64,000 nt of DNA from Tubulanus polymorphus (lineage: Eukaryota > Animalia > Nemertea). A program made the translations under genes and the position numbers. The notes under the pieces are model-generated. The model ran no database searches. It was not told where the DNA came from and saw nothing but the letters and a program-made list of their open reading frames with translations. Of this stretch, positions 1 to 31,619 are shown in pieces; position 1 is the first letter of the stretch, and each line of letters opens with the position of its first letter. The DNA is taken from contig NC_134033.1 in the NCBI RefSeq assembly GCF_964204645.1, positions 16,252,655-16,316,654 on the forward strand, read 5' to 3'.

Positions 1-139
1 CAAACAATTATAATAGATACATTATATGAATTATATCGAGGCAGTTTCATGAAAAAGTTGAACATGAACGAAGCGTGTTTTTAAAAAAGAAAGCAGCATT
101 CAGGATTTGAACCTGGGCTAGGGAGAAAAGAAATGAGAT

Positions 140-475
140 ATAAAAAAATCATATTCGTGGGAAAAAAAACTTGCGTGCAATCTGAATGTTTTAAGGTTAC
201 GATATGTGATTCAAAAAGAAATACAAATCTTAGACGCTTCATCAACATGTAGAATATCAAGGGTAAACAAAAATGATACCTTGTTTCTTCGCAGCGGCCG
301 GTTCAGTTTTGTAAAATATAATAGAATTTGTAATCAGTTTATTTCTATAGCTGCTAGGTCTGTTACATGGTAAAATTGATCACGATTTAAGAAAAAGAGT
401 AATGTACAGGGTAGATAGGCGACAGGGCGGGTCAACATTTAAGCTCAGCAGAGCGGAGAAACAAGGAATCAATTT
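140..475. repeat. Dispersed repeat; inverted copy at ~47700-47915
   Basis: gggtagataggcg...gggtcaacatttaagctcagcagagcggagaaacaagg matches the reverse complement of ~47720-47790; aaaatgataccttgtttc matches ~47895-47912. Confidence 0.65.
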
Positions 476-537
476 GTTTTAGCTAAATCAATTAAGTTTG
501 ATATTTCATGTGTTTTGGTTTTTGGTGATATTTTCAG

Positions 538-19586
<19,049 letters not shown>

Positions 19587-20904
19587 TTGTTGTGATTTCT
19601 GGTCGGTGTGTACAGTTATAATTGTTTTATAAGTATGATGATGTCACCCCCACAGTGACGGCGATCGGGGGAGGGGGATGATGATGTCGTAAACTCTTCC
19701 TCTTACTAATGCTCTACACACCTCAAATTGTATAAGATTTTTTTCTAAAGCCTCGTCAGGTTAGGCATCTACACTAAGCTCATAACTTTGGGTTCAATGC
19801 AGAGTTTGCCGTAAAACCCTTAGAACCCTTCTCCAGAAAACCGCGTTCGCATCTGACTCAACCCATGTTCGATGGAGCATTCCAGCTCCACTATTGACCT
19901 TGAACTACGGATTTGAATTTGTGCTGTAGACGTTACTCGCAGCGAACGCAGGTTTTTGTCGAACCCGTGTTCATCGAAACCCGGGTTCAATGAGCTTGTG
20001 TAGACAGAGCTTAAACTAGGTGGGTCTATTCGAGTAGATCCACTGATTACACCTTTTGAAAATCGAGTTTCTTGCTCTTCCAATATGGCCACCACGGCCA
20101 GGGCATTTTGAATTCCCTTGTAGCGTTCTATATGCTGCAACTGATGTGTAATTATCATGAAACTTTGTACTCCATGGATTTCACAGATCGAAAATCAAGT
20201 TTCTCGCTCCTTCAAAAAGGGAAGACATCTTAAACATTGTTTTACGATAATTGGCACATAGGTTTCCCGAACGAAAGGTGACCTTTCAGTCACTCTGATA
20301 TTGTACCTTCGTGCAACAAAATGTGCTGGCGCTGAAAGAGTTAACTTATAACTCAGTGGATTGACAAAACGGCTTTCCACGATTTTCTAGTCGTGAATAT
20401 ATCGAGTCAAATAATGCGAGTTTTAATGAGTTTTCATTAATGTATTCATGGCGTATTATCATATTTGGGAATTACGTCAATACTTTTCATAATATTGATT
20501 TTTTTTATACGTATATGACGGTAATTAGAGTAATAGATGTTATACACGCGCGTGTGTAGCTTTTAATAGAATATCTGTTTTAGGTTAGATCTAGCGGTTA
20601 TCATTGTCTCCCTTAAACAAAACCGAATGTGATTGAAGCTGTTAGTCATGTACGATGCCCGTACCAGTAAAAGTGGGTTGGATTTCTAGTGTGATAACGC
20701 GGTTACGTTTTATTGGCTTCAGCTGCAAAATTCAGGGAAACGAAAACTGAAAAATCAATGTTTTAATTACGTACTGAATGCGTTACGCTGCAAATGACAT
20801 AATAATTGGGAGAGTGTAATATTGAGATCGATCAAATATACCTCTGTAATTATATCTGTGATTTGTATGTTTGTAACCAGCACCCCTTCAGACATTCTAC
20901 CCGT

Positions 20905-21545
20905 TGAAGTGTGAAGTGTGGATGAACAGTTTTGAAAGTGAGCTGATACAATATCTAATATCTGGTGTTTGTAGTTCATTTTCAACTGAAAATGTCTCAG
21001 ATGAAGCACTGAACACATGTGAAGTGTGGATGATCAGTTTTTTAAAGTGAGCTGATACAATGTCTAATATCTGGTGTTTGTAGTTCATTTTCAACTGAAA
21101 ATGTCTCAGATGAAGCACTGAACACATGTGAAGTGTGGATGATCAGTTTTTTAAAGTGAACTGATACAATGTCTAATATCTGGTGTTTGTAGTTCATTTT
21201 CAACTGAAAATATCTTAGGTGAAGCACTGAACACGTGTGAAGTGTGGACGATCAGTTTTTTAAAGTGAACTGATACAATGTCTAATATCTGGTGTTTGTA
21301 GTTCATTTTCAACTGAAAATATCTTAGGTGAAGTACTGAACACATGTGAAGTGTGGATGATCAGTTTTTTAAAGTGAACTGATACAATGTCTAATATCTG
21401 GTGTTTGTAGTTCATTTTCAACTGAAAATATCTCAGGTGAAGCACTGAACACGTGTGAAGTGTGGACGATCAGTTTTTTAAAGTGAACTGATACAATGTC
21501 TAATATCTGGTGTTTGTAGTTCATTTTCAACTAGGTGAAGTACGT
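20905..21545. repeat. 109-bp tandem satellite in putative ABCC4 3' UTR
   Basis: About 6 near-identical units gtgaagtgtggatgatcagttttttaaagtga...; same family at 34905-35595. Confidence 0.93.
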
Positions 21546-22129
21546 TGCCGATCATTTTTTTTAAAGAACAGTGATATTATGTTGTGATTGTCCGAAGGGG
21601 TGCATGGAATAAGTGATGAAGTTGTGGGATGGGAGTGGGGAGTGGGGAGGGGGTGTGCTGAGATAGGTCACAATCATACGTGCAATTGCTATATTATGTA
21701 TCTAGCGTCTTTCCAGTATTGATCTCATCCTGTTTCTAGTTCCACAGATTTTCGGAAACTTGAACCGTAGCCTACTCATTCGGCAGAAGTCAAATTCAAT
21801 CGATAATTTTTGGAATTATGTCGTGAAGTTCAGAATAGGAAGAAAAATATCTCAAGCTTGCAATTATTTTCCTGCAATTGTCATATTATGTATTTATATT
21901 ATGTTGTCCGTAGTGTATAAATGCCTTTTATGAACATATCTTGACATAACCAAACGGTCTAAGTGCTGTATGTGTTGAATGCAGTTATGAGTATTGTGAG
22001 TTTGTATGGCATGCATTCCTAACTGAATGTAACTCTTTCATAAAATAAAAAACGGTATAGTTTGTTGACATACTTAGTGTTATTCTCGAATTATAGAAAT
22101 CAGGACCAGCATAGATAGGATTGTTGACT

Positions 22130-23300
22130 CTGGAGAGGTGGGCTACTTCATTTGAGGATGTCTGGCTATTTCATATAGATATGACGATGTTTGACTCAGG
22201 ATTGGGTTATTTCATATAGCTATGAGGATGTCTGACTCAGGACATGGCTATTTCATATAGATGTGAGGATGTCTGTCGACCGTACGGTGCTGCCGCTATG
22301 CTCATCGTTAGCGGGATTTCCATACACTAACTGAAGTCAACTCTGGCAATCGTCGTGCTCTCCAGTTATACTCCGCAACCCTTGCTTGCCAGAGTTCGCT
22401 ACCGTTAGTGTATGAAAATCCCGCTACCGATGAGCCTAGAGGCAGCACCGTACGGTGAAATGTAGATATCTTAACAAAAGTAATTACTGATAACTGATTC
22501 AGAGTGGTCCCGATGCTGAATAGAGGATGTACAGGGGTGTCCCGGGTTCGAACCCAGTAATTACTGATACTGGTTCAGAGTGGTCCTGATGTTGATTAGA
22601 TGATGTACAGGGGTGTCCCGGGTTCGAACCCAGTAATTACTGATACTGGTTCAGAGTGGTCCCGATGCTGAATACGTCTGACCCAGGACAGGGTTATTTC
22701 ATATAGATATGAGGATGTTTGACCCAGGACAAGGCAACTTCATATAGATATGAGGATGCCTGTTGACCGTACGGTGCTGCCGCTATGCTCATCGTTAGCG
22801 GGATTTCCATACACTAACTGAAGTCAACTCTGGCAATCGTCGTGCTGTCCAGTTATACTCCGTAACCCTTGCTTGCCAGAGTTCACTAACGTTAGTGTAT
22901 GAAAATCCCGCTACCGACGAGCATAGAAGCAGCACCGTACGGTGAAATGTAGATATCTTAAAAATAATTACTGATAACTGATTCAGAGTGGTCCCAATGC
23001 TGAATAGAGGATGTACAGGGGTGTCCCGGGTTCGAACCCAGTAATTACTGATACTGGTTCAGAGTGGTCCCGATGCTGAATACGTCTGACCCAGGACAGG
23101 GCTATTTCATATAGATATGAGGATGTTTGACCCAGGACAGGGCTATTTCATAGATATGAGGATGTTTGACCTGGGACAGGGCTATTTCATATAGATATGA
23201 GGATGTTTGACCCAGGACAGGGATATTTCATGTAGATATGAGGATATCTGACCCAGGACAGGGCTATTTCATATAGACATGAAGATGTCTGACCCAGGAC
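22130..23300. repeat. Composite repeat: ~38-bp minisatellite plus duplicated ~490-bp block containing a ~178-bp palindromic MITE
   Basis: cccaggacagggctatttcatatagatatgaggatgt units; palindromes accgtacggtgctgcc...gcagcaccgtacggt at 22279-22456 and 22766-22943; relative at 60181-60346. Confidence 0.88.
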
Positions 23301-24476
23301 GTCAAATCCAAGAGATCGCTTTACGACCTGGTGAACACAATGCTTATGTCAACTGAATCATAAAAAATCAAGGACCATATTCAGTCAGAACAAAATATAA
23401 CTGATGGTCCCAATCTTGATACATGTTGGAATTAAGAAACACAAATTATTATTTTATTAATCAATTATGTTTCCCGGGGTTTTCTGTTTTCGATGGATGC
23501 CAAACCTCAAATGATTCCGAAACTTATGGATGCCTTGCAAACTGTTTACAAACTATTCAAGTCACATGCATTACGTATATCGGAGGCATAATTGGCAGCC
23601 GTTACAGGTTGGGGTTTTAATATCAGCTGATTTTTCCTAAACTAATCAAGATAGAACAAAATTGAAAACAGTTTTGATCACAGTTTAGACATATGGCTTT
23701 CAGATGATATACGTTTGGTGGCAGTATTTTGAATAACTCGGAAGGAATGTCACTACTATATATGTGATTAAATGATTCTCACACAGTCATTTCAGTAATA
23801 TTCCTATATGCTTCTTTCATCCGAGAAAGTAAGCTCGATCAAAAATATGGGGCACGGGCCGGCTGGCATTGCAGTGTATTGAGGCCCGGACCGGCTGGGC
23901 CTCCATTAAATCCGCGCCTGGCCTGATGGCTACTGAATTATAATAGCGAGGTATATCGTTAAAAGATGAACATATCGATAAACTTGATAGTAGGTTTTAA
24001 CCTAAAAGCTTGATTTTGTTGCGAATGTATTCATTAATAATTACAAAGCACAATTGCGTTGAAAGCGTTCATTTGATGCATTGAATCATGCAGTGGTGAA
24101 GCAGATGCTTTGCAGAGTTGGATGATTTTCAGAGGATGTCCAATGACAGGTGTGTGATCACGCCCCATTAAACGCCCCCTCTCATATGTGGATAATATAG
24201 GAGACACTTATATACGAACAAATAGAGATGGTTTAGGTGCAGTTTGCTCATATACAACACAGATTGAAAATCAACCGATTAGAAAGTGACAAACACGTGC
24301 AACAGTTACGAGAATTAAACGAAGGGTGATTAATATGATTTCAATTGACCAAAATGTGACGTACTGGCGATCGACGGATATCGGGCATATGTTGGAATAT
24401 ATCCGTACATACGTGGCTTTAGGGTTACACAGAAAATTAGCGGAAAATTTCAACGCGTAACGGAAAATACGATAAA

Positions 24477-26632
24477 ATGGTTGCAAATTGTCGAATGAAG
24501 TTGTTATTATTAGTTCAAATATTAACAGGTTAGATATGGCTTTAGAAGGTGCAGTCTCATGAAAAGGTTGAATGCTTAAATCGGTTCAACGAGTAAAAAT
24601 CCCTCAATGTATGAACGATCATATGTAAAAGGTTTATCGAAAAATTAGAAATATTTCGGGTGGTTGCTGCCACCCTTCTTCAGTCTAAAATGACTTGCAA
24701 ATGGCTGAATAAGGCTGGTAGCGAGCACCCGAAATATTTCTAATTTTCTAATAAACTTTTAGAATTCGTTCATACATTGTGGAATTTCTACTCATCGAGT
24801 CTTTATCACGGATATTGTGATTCTAAACTGATTCTTAAATTTGAAACGTTGAGTTCGATTTGAAGTTACCGATAGCAATCAAACCAAAGAATCTAGTTAA
24901 ACCTTTTCGTGGAACTGGACCCGGGCGATTCGTTCAAAATGTTATCCAAAATTTTACTTTATTGATGATGCGTTTTCGTAATTGCAGTGGCGCTTGTTTT
25001 GTTCGCTTTGAACCGAAAGATCCTAATCGTCGACCCGGATCAATTAGGAACGTTCGTTAGCGCGAAAACGAGAACTACACAGCCGTCTGCCGAACCGATG
25101 AAGGTTTTACTGTTCACGCACTATCGCGGCGGTTCGTCGTTCTTCGGGGAGACTTTCAATCAGAATCCGTCGGTATTTTATCTGTACGAACCGGCCATGT
25201 TTGTCAACGAACTGGGAATCGATAAATATGGGTAAGTTCTGCTGCTGCTGCTGCTGCTGCTGCGGGTAACATGATCAGGCCAATGGGAAACTGGTAAATA
25301 AATGCAGGGGAAGATATTTATCCTCGTATTTTGAGATGATTTTCTGTCACTGACCACGCGTCGAACGGGGGTGATTTTGTTGAAAATCTTTGCAAAAGAT
25401 AGCTTGCTTGGTAAAATGAACTAAAATGAAACAATGCAGAAAATAGTGAACCCAGTTCTATTTGCCAGTTGAGTTTGATTTTGGAAAATAAATTACTTCA
25501 TTTTGAACTCAAGGACTAAAATCGTAACGGAGAAATGTGGAACTCCAGGGGCGAATTTAGGGGGTGGTTTCGGGAGTCTGGAACTCAGCCTTTTCATCGA
25601 GGTTACCCGATCGTCAAGACAGTTAGAGATCGTCAGAACCTATAACTTTGAAACCCTAGGACATAGCACTTTTCAGGATGGATTTCTTCAAAGATATCTA
25701 ACCCTGAATGGAGGACCGCACCAGTGGGCTTTGACATGACATAGAAATGCGTGTTATGTTCTTCTCGACCCCGTCGTTCCAATTTTCCTGAATCCACCTC
25801 TGTTCAACTGAGTCTGGAACTTGTAATTACGTGAAATCTTTTAAAACTCCTTTTTTACAGATTATCTGGAAAAGAGAAATTCACGAAAGTACTGAATGAA
25901 TTGGCTTCGTGTGACCTTCACCGACTACAGACCACCATCCTGAACTCGCATAAAAGTTTCTACAGTCGAACTCGCCTCGGGGGATCGGAGTTTGTGAAAT
26001 GCGCGACCAGCGCGAAAGGAAAAGTTACTAATTTTATGCCGGCGGTGGCGAAATGTCTCACCGATTTTGAAAATCAATGCAAACAATCGCGAATTCGCGT
26101 CATCAAGATTATACGCTTCGACGCGGAGCTGATCGAGCTGCTGATGAGGTCAGATCCTAGTTGGCATGTTATACATTTACTGCGCGATCCGAGAGGGATT
26201 CTAAATTCTAGATCTCAAATTCATCATTACACGTCCAAAGATATACCTCGTTTCGCGAATTCCACTTGTCGAGTTTTGTTAAATCGTATCGAATCGTTAG
26301 AACAACTCAAAATCCAACATCCGCTTTATAGTTTACACGAAGTGAGGTACGAGGACATAGCGCGCGATCCGATTGGTCAAACGTCACGTGTTTACGAGGC
26401 GATCGGTTTAGACGAAGTTCCGGTTCAAGTAAAAACGTGGCTGTCGAAAATGACGCACACAGATCCGAACGCGCGTATAACTAATATTTACAAGCCCTCG
26501 CCGAAAGACTCAGTGGCAAACTCGTATAAATGGAATAAATCAATCAGTGTTTCGAATCTGATAGAAATAAATCATGTTTGCGGTGAATTGTTCGCTAAAA
26601 CCGGATATCCGTTATACAAGCCACCTGAATAA
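24477..26632 (+). CDS. Carbohydrate (Gal/GlcNAc-6-O) sulfotransferase, CHST1/3/5-like, type II Golgi membrane protein
   Basis: Exons 24477-24528, 24988-25231, 25861-26632 in phase. N-terminal TM MKLLLLVQILTVALVLFAL; 5'-PSB THYRGGSSFFG, YLYEP, 3'-PB HLLRDPRGILNSR, VRYEDIARDP. Confidence 0.88.
24592..24793. mobile_element. Inverted-repeat element containing a minimal hammerhead-like motif (minus strand 24645-24688)
   Basis: Arms gagtaaaaatccctcaatgtatgaacga / tcgttcatacattgtggaatttctactc; minus strand reads TTAGA-CTGAAGA-A-GGGTGG-cagcaa-CCACCC-GAAA-TA-TT-TCTAA. Confidence 0.6.
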
Positions 26633-27580
26633 ATTCCAATTTTAATAAAGTAAATAAATACGTGTATATCATGATTTTTCATCGTCATTTGCATTGATCA
26701 GATAAGATATAGCTTTGTTTCTGACGATTTACAACATTACCTAAATTGATTGGGAACATAATAATATCACATACTGATTATTTTGAAATTGAAATATCAG
26801 TTTTGCTAAAACAGTAATTCAGTCAAGACAAGTAAATTTACGTCAGATTTGAGTTGTTCTAGTAAAAGTAAAAACCAGTTTGGCATGTACTGACAAAAGG
26901 TCAATGACAAATGGCTCTGTCGGCCTAACTCAGGATTTTACAATATATCCAAGTGCAGCAAGTGGGCCATCTAGCAAAGTGCAGCAACAGTCTAAGTGCA
27001 TGTTCAGTAGTGGTAGAAAATTCCAAGGTCACTCTGCCGTAAAAGGGAATGCGCACTCCCCCGCGCCCCCTGAATCCACCACTGTTAGCATTAGCTAGAA
27101 TTTAGTTGTTTTTTTTAATAGAATATGTGAAGTATGAGAACTATAAGCAGGAAACCACTGCAGAGATTAATCTGTCTTTTTTACAGCTGGTTATCGCATA
27201 TTTTGACATCAGTGAAATAATATTTGATAAGTTGTAATGTTATCGTTCGTAAACTGCGGCCCTTTCTGTATAAAAACTCTACAGGCGTGGAGAGAAATTT
27301 CATTGTCTTAATGTACGTAAGTTTAAGGGCTTATAAGAAAATGAGAAGGACTTAAAGTATATACGTTTGGAAGACCAAAGATATGAAGATCTTACATGAA
27401 AATCTGTGTCACTCAATTCTCTTTGAGCCATTTCTAAAATAGTTGAGAAAATGGCTAAAAGAATTGCGTCGACACGTCGCATAGTAGTATTTTCTTCATA
27501 TCATGGTTTTTTTCTTCAAATTCAATTAGATAAATGCTTGTGTACAGATTCTTATTTTCCAGTCCGATTTCACTAGAAAT

Positions 27581-28812
27581 ATGAACGTACTTTTGTCGGT
27601 TATCGTAGCTTTGATCGCTGGTGTGCAGGTAAGGGGCACGGGCTGGACCGGGTTATGTTCTACCTGTGCTGATATTATAATGTTTGATAATACATGTTCC
27701 ACTCTGTAGGCGTCCATTGTTCTCCGATATAAATACGACGATTTTGACCACGGTAAGTTCTAAACGATACCGAAAAAAGACAAATTGCGTTATTCAATCG
27801 GACAAGATATTGTATATTCAGCCGTGCTATTATTCTTATTAGTTTTGATCATTTTCAGACCTCCTGGTGGCGAATTATCCGAAGTATTTCGATTTCCTAT
27901 CGAAAGCGTCGGACGGTTGCGTCACGTTTAAACCCGTCGAGAACGAAGACGAACCTTACATAAAGGTTGTCAGCATGGAAGCGTAAGTAAAGGATTCACA
28001 TAGACCTGCCCACACTCTGGTAGAAACTGTCCTCAACTGAGGAGTATATTCTAACTCCATCATTGGTTTTAAACCGAGTTTCACACTAATGTAAGTCGTC
28101 ACAACCACTTTCTCAGTTATCATGCGTAGAAGCAAAACAATCTTCCAGCGAGTCTAAACTACGTATGTCCCCTAATGGGTAGGAGACCACCCTTCCAGTC
28201 TGGACGTTGTCCCCTTGTGGGCAGGAGACCACTCAGCTTTCCCAGCTTACACGGGTCCTTTAATGGGTAGGACACAAATCTCCCAAATCTTCTGAACGGT
28301 GTCCCTTAACGGGTGGGAGACCAATTTTCCGGCCTGGACGGCATTCATCCAGTCTACACGAAGTCCTCTAATGGGTAGGACACCACTCTTCCAAACTGAA
28401 CGGCAGCCTCTTATGGGTTAGGAGACCACGCTACCAGTCTGGACGGTATCTCCTAATGCGTAGGACACCACTCTCCCAGTCCATACAATTCTGAATCTTG
28501 TCTTTCGTCGGTCAGAATTTTCGATGATTCTATTTTTGTCAACAGATGTTACGGAGGAAATGACGGACAGAATGTGTATATAAACTACAGCCCTCCGTGT
28601 ACTGTAGGACATAATCTATTCATACTGATGAAATACGGAGTGAAAGTTGACGCCATGCCCGATTACTGGAAAGATCGCGCGGCCCTGAGAAAAGGAATCC
28701 TTTCGTCAAATAAATGTAAGCTACCGCTTTTAGAAGTCGATACAATTATGGTGTATTAGGAGATAGTCTATACATTATTTCTAAATATTCAGTAAGCTGC
28801 AGTGTGGTATGA
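27581..28812 (+). CDS. Small secreted protein (134 aa), astacin-like cysteine pattern, no HExxH motif
   Basis: Exons 27581-27628, 27710-27752, 27859-27982, 28546-28715, 28793-28812 (all GT-AG, in phase; last exon least certain). MNVLLSVIVALIAGVQA|SIVLRYKYDDFDHDLLVANYPKYFDFLSKASDGCVTFKPVENEDEPYIKVVSMEACYGGNDGQNVYINYSPPCTVGHNLFILMKYGVKVDAMPDYWKDRAALRKGILSSNKLSCSVV. Confidence 0.75.
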
Positions 28813-30482
28813 TTGGCAGCGTCGTACATAATTTACGACAGAAATTTATAAAACGTTATTATTATAGATACCCATCTGTACATAAATTTACTCAATTATT
28901 GAGTACACAGAACGAGAACGAATTGCTAAATTTAGGTAAATACTGTTTCGTAGGTCTGAAAAGAATCCAATCACGTATATGATTAAATGTTGTTATATCC
29001 TTTACTACTTTACAAAGTGACGGGTGCCGATATAGAAACGGCGTTAGGACATATTATATTTTATATTTTCCGAAATGTAATGTATAGTTCTGAAAGTACT
29101 GTATTTATAGAAATTTATTGTATGAAATTAAGGACCATGATGGTCTATTTCAATAAACTTAAACTTAAGAACATAATGGGGAGGGGGGGGGGGTTATAGT
29201 TGCAGACATTTTGGGAAAGTGCTCATTTGGCAAATATTGTAGTTATATCCAATAGAATTTTCTAATGTAGTCCAGAGTCCTTGGCTTGGGACTGAGATCG
29301 CTTGCAATTAAATTGTTTCGAATGTTATTCCATTTCAGGGGAAATTCCGGCTGAATACATGAACATGTTAAAACAACAGTATTGTTGATGATAGAATTTG
29401 TATACGTTGTTGTACCACGTTTGTGGGTAAAAATAAATCAATATAAAAGCAAAATTTGAATTGTATTTTTTTCTGTAAACAACACCCGGCTCGGATAACA
29501 CAATCTGCAAAATTGGTCCGAGTTTGAGAAAGTCAGAAATAAGGATTGAAAAATTTGCTACGGAGTAGGAAAACACGATGTAGTCCGGATTATGTCTGAG
29601 TTGAGCGAGGTTCAGTTTCTTTGATGAGACCTGGTTGAACCTGATGCAATGGTCGTGGCACCTCTGTATCATTTGGGATGACCATAGTCGCCGGTAGATC
29701 ATGCTGAAGGCGACGCTTAATTCTTCCATAGAACACTATTGATTGACCAAAATAGGTCAGTTTTCGATCGTTCTGGTACAAACCAGTTCGTGGCACGTAC
29801 GACAAAACCATTTAACGACAAAATCATTTTTGAGGGACCTGTTTTATATAAACTGAGAATGCATGCTCCTGGTGATTTTCTGAACAAGTTTAATGTTTTG
29901 TCAGACGGACAATACCCAACACAAAAATAAATCAGAGGATATTACTATTATTCCACAGTATAACTATTATTATTCCTCAGTATTTCTATCATTGTTATTA
30001 CTATTATCATTCCTCAGGAATAGATATAAATGGTTTCGAATTCTTTGAACCACCAGAGGGTTCTTCCCCTCTCTTAATCCTTGATTAACGTCGTTAATTT
30101 CAGCTGACTAGTGGAAACATCACTCCAAGAACAAACTAAAATGATGTTAAACATAGTTCAAGTTTGTGATAGAACTGATAGACATTTTCCCAGCTAGTCA
30201 GATATTTCACTGTAAAATATTTCACCATCTACAATGCATTCTGACTTGTAAAACGAATATTGATATTCAATTCAGTTACAATTTAATATTTTACACATTA
30301 TATAATGGTTTTCAATGAATCCTAGTGCAAAGACTTTAATGATATTTCTACATTTAAGTGAAATTAATTTCGAATATGCGAGAAGACTTGTAGACTGTTC
30401 CAGAATATTCTCAGGACAGTCAGTATACTCGCGAACAGTCAGTGCGCGCTCAGTAAGTCAGTAAACTCACAGATATTCTCAT

Positions 30483-31436
30483 TTGATCATCATGAATTCT
30501 ACTCGGATGCAAATTGGTAGAACTTATAGCAGTTTCATTGTCATCATGTCGGTGGTGAACAGATCTGTAATCTACCGCACCGCCTCACTGGTCTTTCTGC
30601 CTGTCGTGTTTCTGTTAGGAGCCTTTGGAAATTCAGCTACTTTCCTGATAATGATCAGTCGTAGATTCCGCAGTTTATCTTACGCTAACTATCTGATCGT
30701 TTTATCTCTTAGTGATTCTATCTACTACATCAATTATACACTGATGCCTGTTTTACAGTTTATTCTCTTCCACGTTCAAGATGGTCCTATATTCATCATG
30801 AATTCAGTGATCAGTTGTCAAATTTATGAATTTGTAATGGCGGTTGCAGTCTTCAATAGTTCGTGGTTGATAGTAGCGATATCTCTAGAACGAGTGGCAG
30901 TTGTTCTCTTCCCGTTCACATCTCGTTTGATATGTACACCGAGATTCGCTAGATTTGTTATATTGATAATCACTGCAGTAAACGTACTGGTTGTAAATAT
31001 CACACCAATTTTGTCCATACATGTTTCTGACCAGTTCTTAGGATGTTACTTCCAATTATTTGATCAAATATCAGTTTTCACCACAATTGTCATTCACTTT
31101 AACATTCTACCTTTATCTCTGATTATAACATCGAATTCTGTTATAATATTTCAGTTGTTCAGAGGTCCAAAAATAGTTTCGTCCGATCAGAAAACTACAA
31201 AATCAAAACGTACAACAATAATGCTCGTAACAGTTTCACTCGCATTTGCGATGTTCACACTTCCAACGACTGTTGTGGCATTGTTACCAATGTCACCGGA
31301 ACAGAGAGATTTTCTATTTGATATTTTCACTCAGTTCCATGTTTTAAACTATGCAGTAAATTTCTACATATATATTTTGCTGGGAAAAGAAATTCGTGAA
31401 TATTTCTGTATGAAAATCCGCTGTAGGTCGCCATAG
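30483..31436 (+). CDS. Intronless rhodopsin-class GPCR, FMRFamide-receptor-like/chemoreceptor-like expansion type
   Basis: Seven hydrophobic segments; TM1 GAFGN, TM2 LSLSD, TM3 SLERV, TM6 FTLP, TM7 NYAVNFYIY. Start probably ATG 30492, 30507 or 30546. Confidence 0.9.
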   Translation: MIIMNSTRMQIGRTYSSFIVIMSVVNRSVIYRTASLVFLPVVFLLGAFGNSATFLIMISRRFRSLSYANYLIVLSLSDSIYYINYTLMPVLQFILFHVQDGPIFIMNSVISCQIYEFVMAVAVFNSSWLIVAISLERVAVVLFPFTSRLICTPRFARFVILIITAVNVLVVNITPILSIHVSDQFLGCYFQLFDQISVFTTIVIHFNILPLSLIITSNSVIIFQLFRGPKIVSSDQKTTKSKRTTIMLVTVSLAFAMFTLPTTVVALLPMSPEQRDFLFDIFTQFHVLNYAVNFYIYILLGKEIREYFCMKIRCRSP

Positions 31437-31619
31437 TTCGCCGTACGCGTGGCTGGAAAACTAAACAATGAGTTCCCACTCATCCGTATTATTAATGCGT
31501 CGAGTGCGCTCGGGTAATTCACGATCCTAAAGTGCAGCAACGGGGGGACACTTAGTCAAAGTGGCATAAAACTTGTTAGCATGTACTGAAAAAAAGTTTT
31601 AGGTGAAAATGGTCCTGTG

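Noticed and set aside
20767-21445. Repeated short minus-strand ORFs and CRISPR-like periodicity
   Set aside because: 109-bp satellite with no unique spacers and no cas genes, in eukaryotic context.
25238-25263. (CTG)n tract as coding repeat
   Set aside because: Lies in the intron just after the 25231 donor.
29325-29811. Minus-strand ORFs of 134 and 73 aa
   Set aside because: No recognisable domain, and the duplicated block at 32325-32830 has indels that break the frames.
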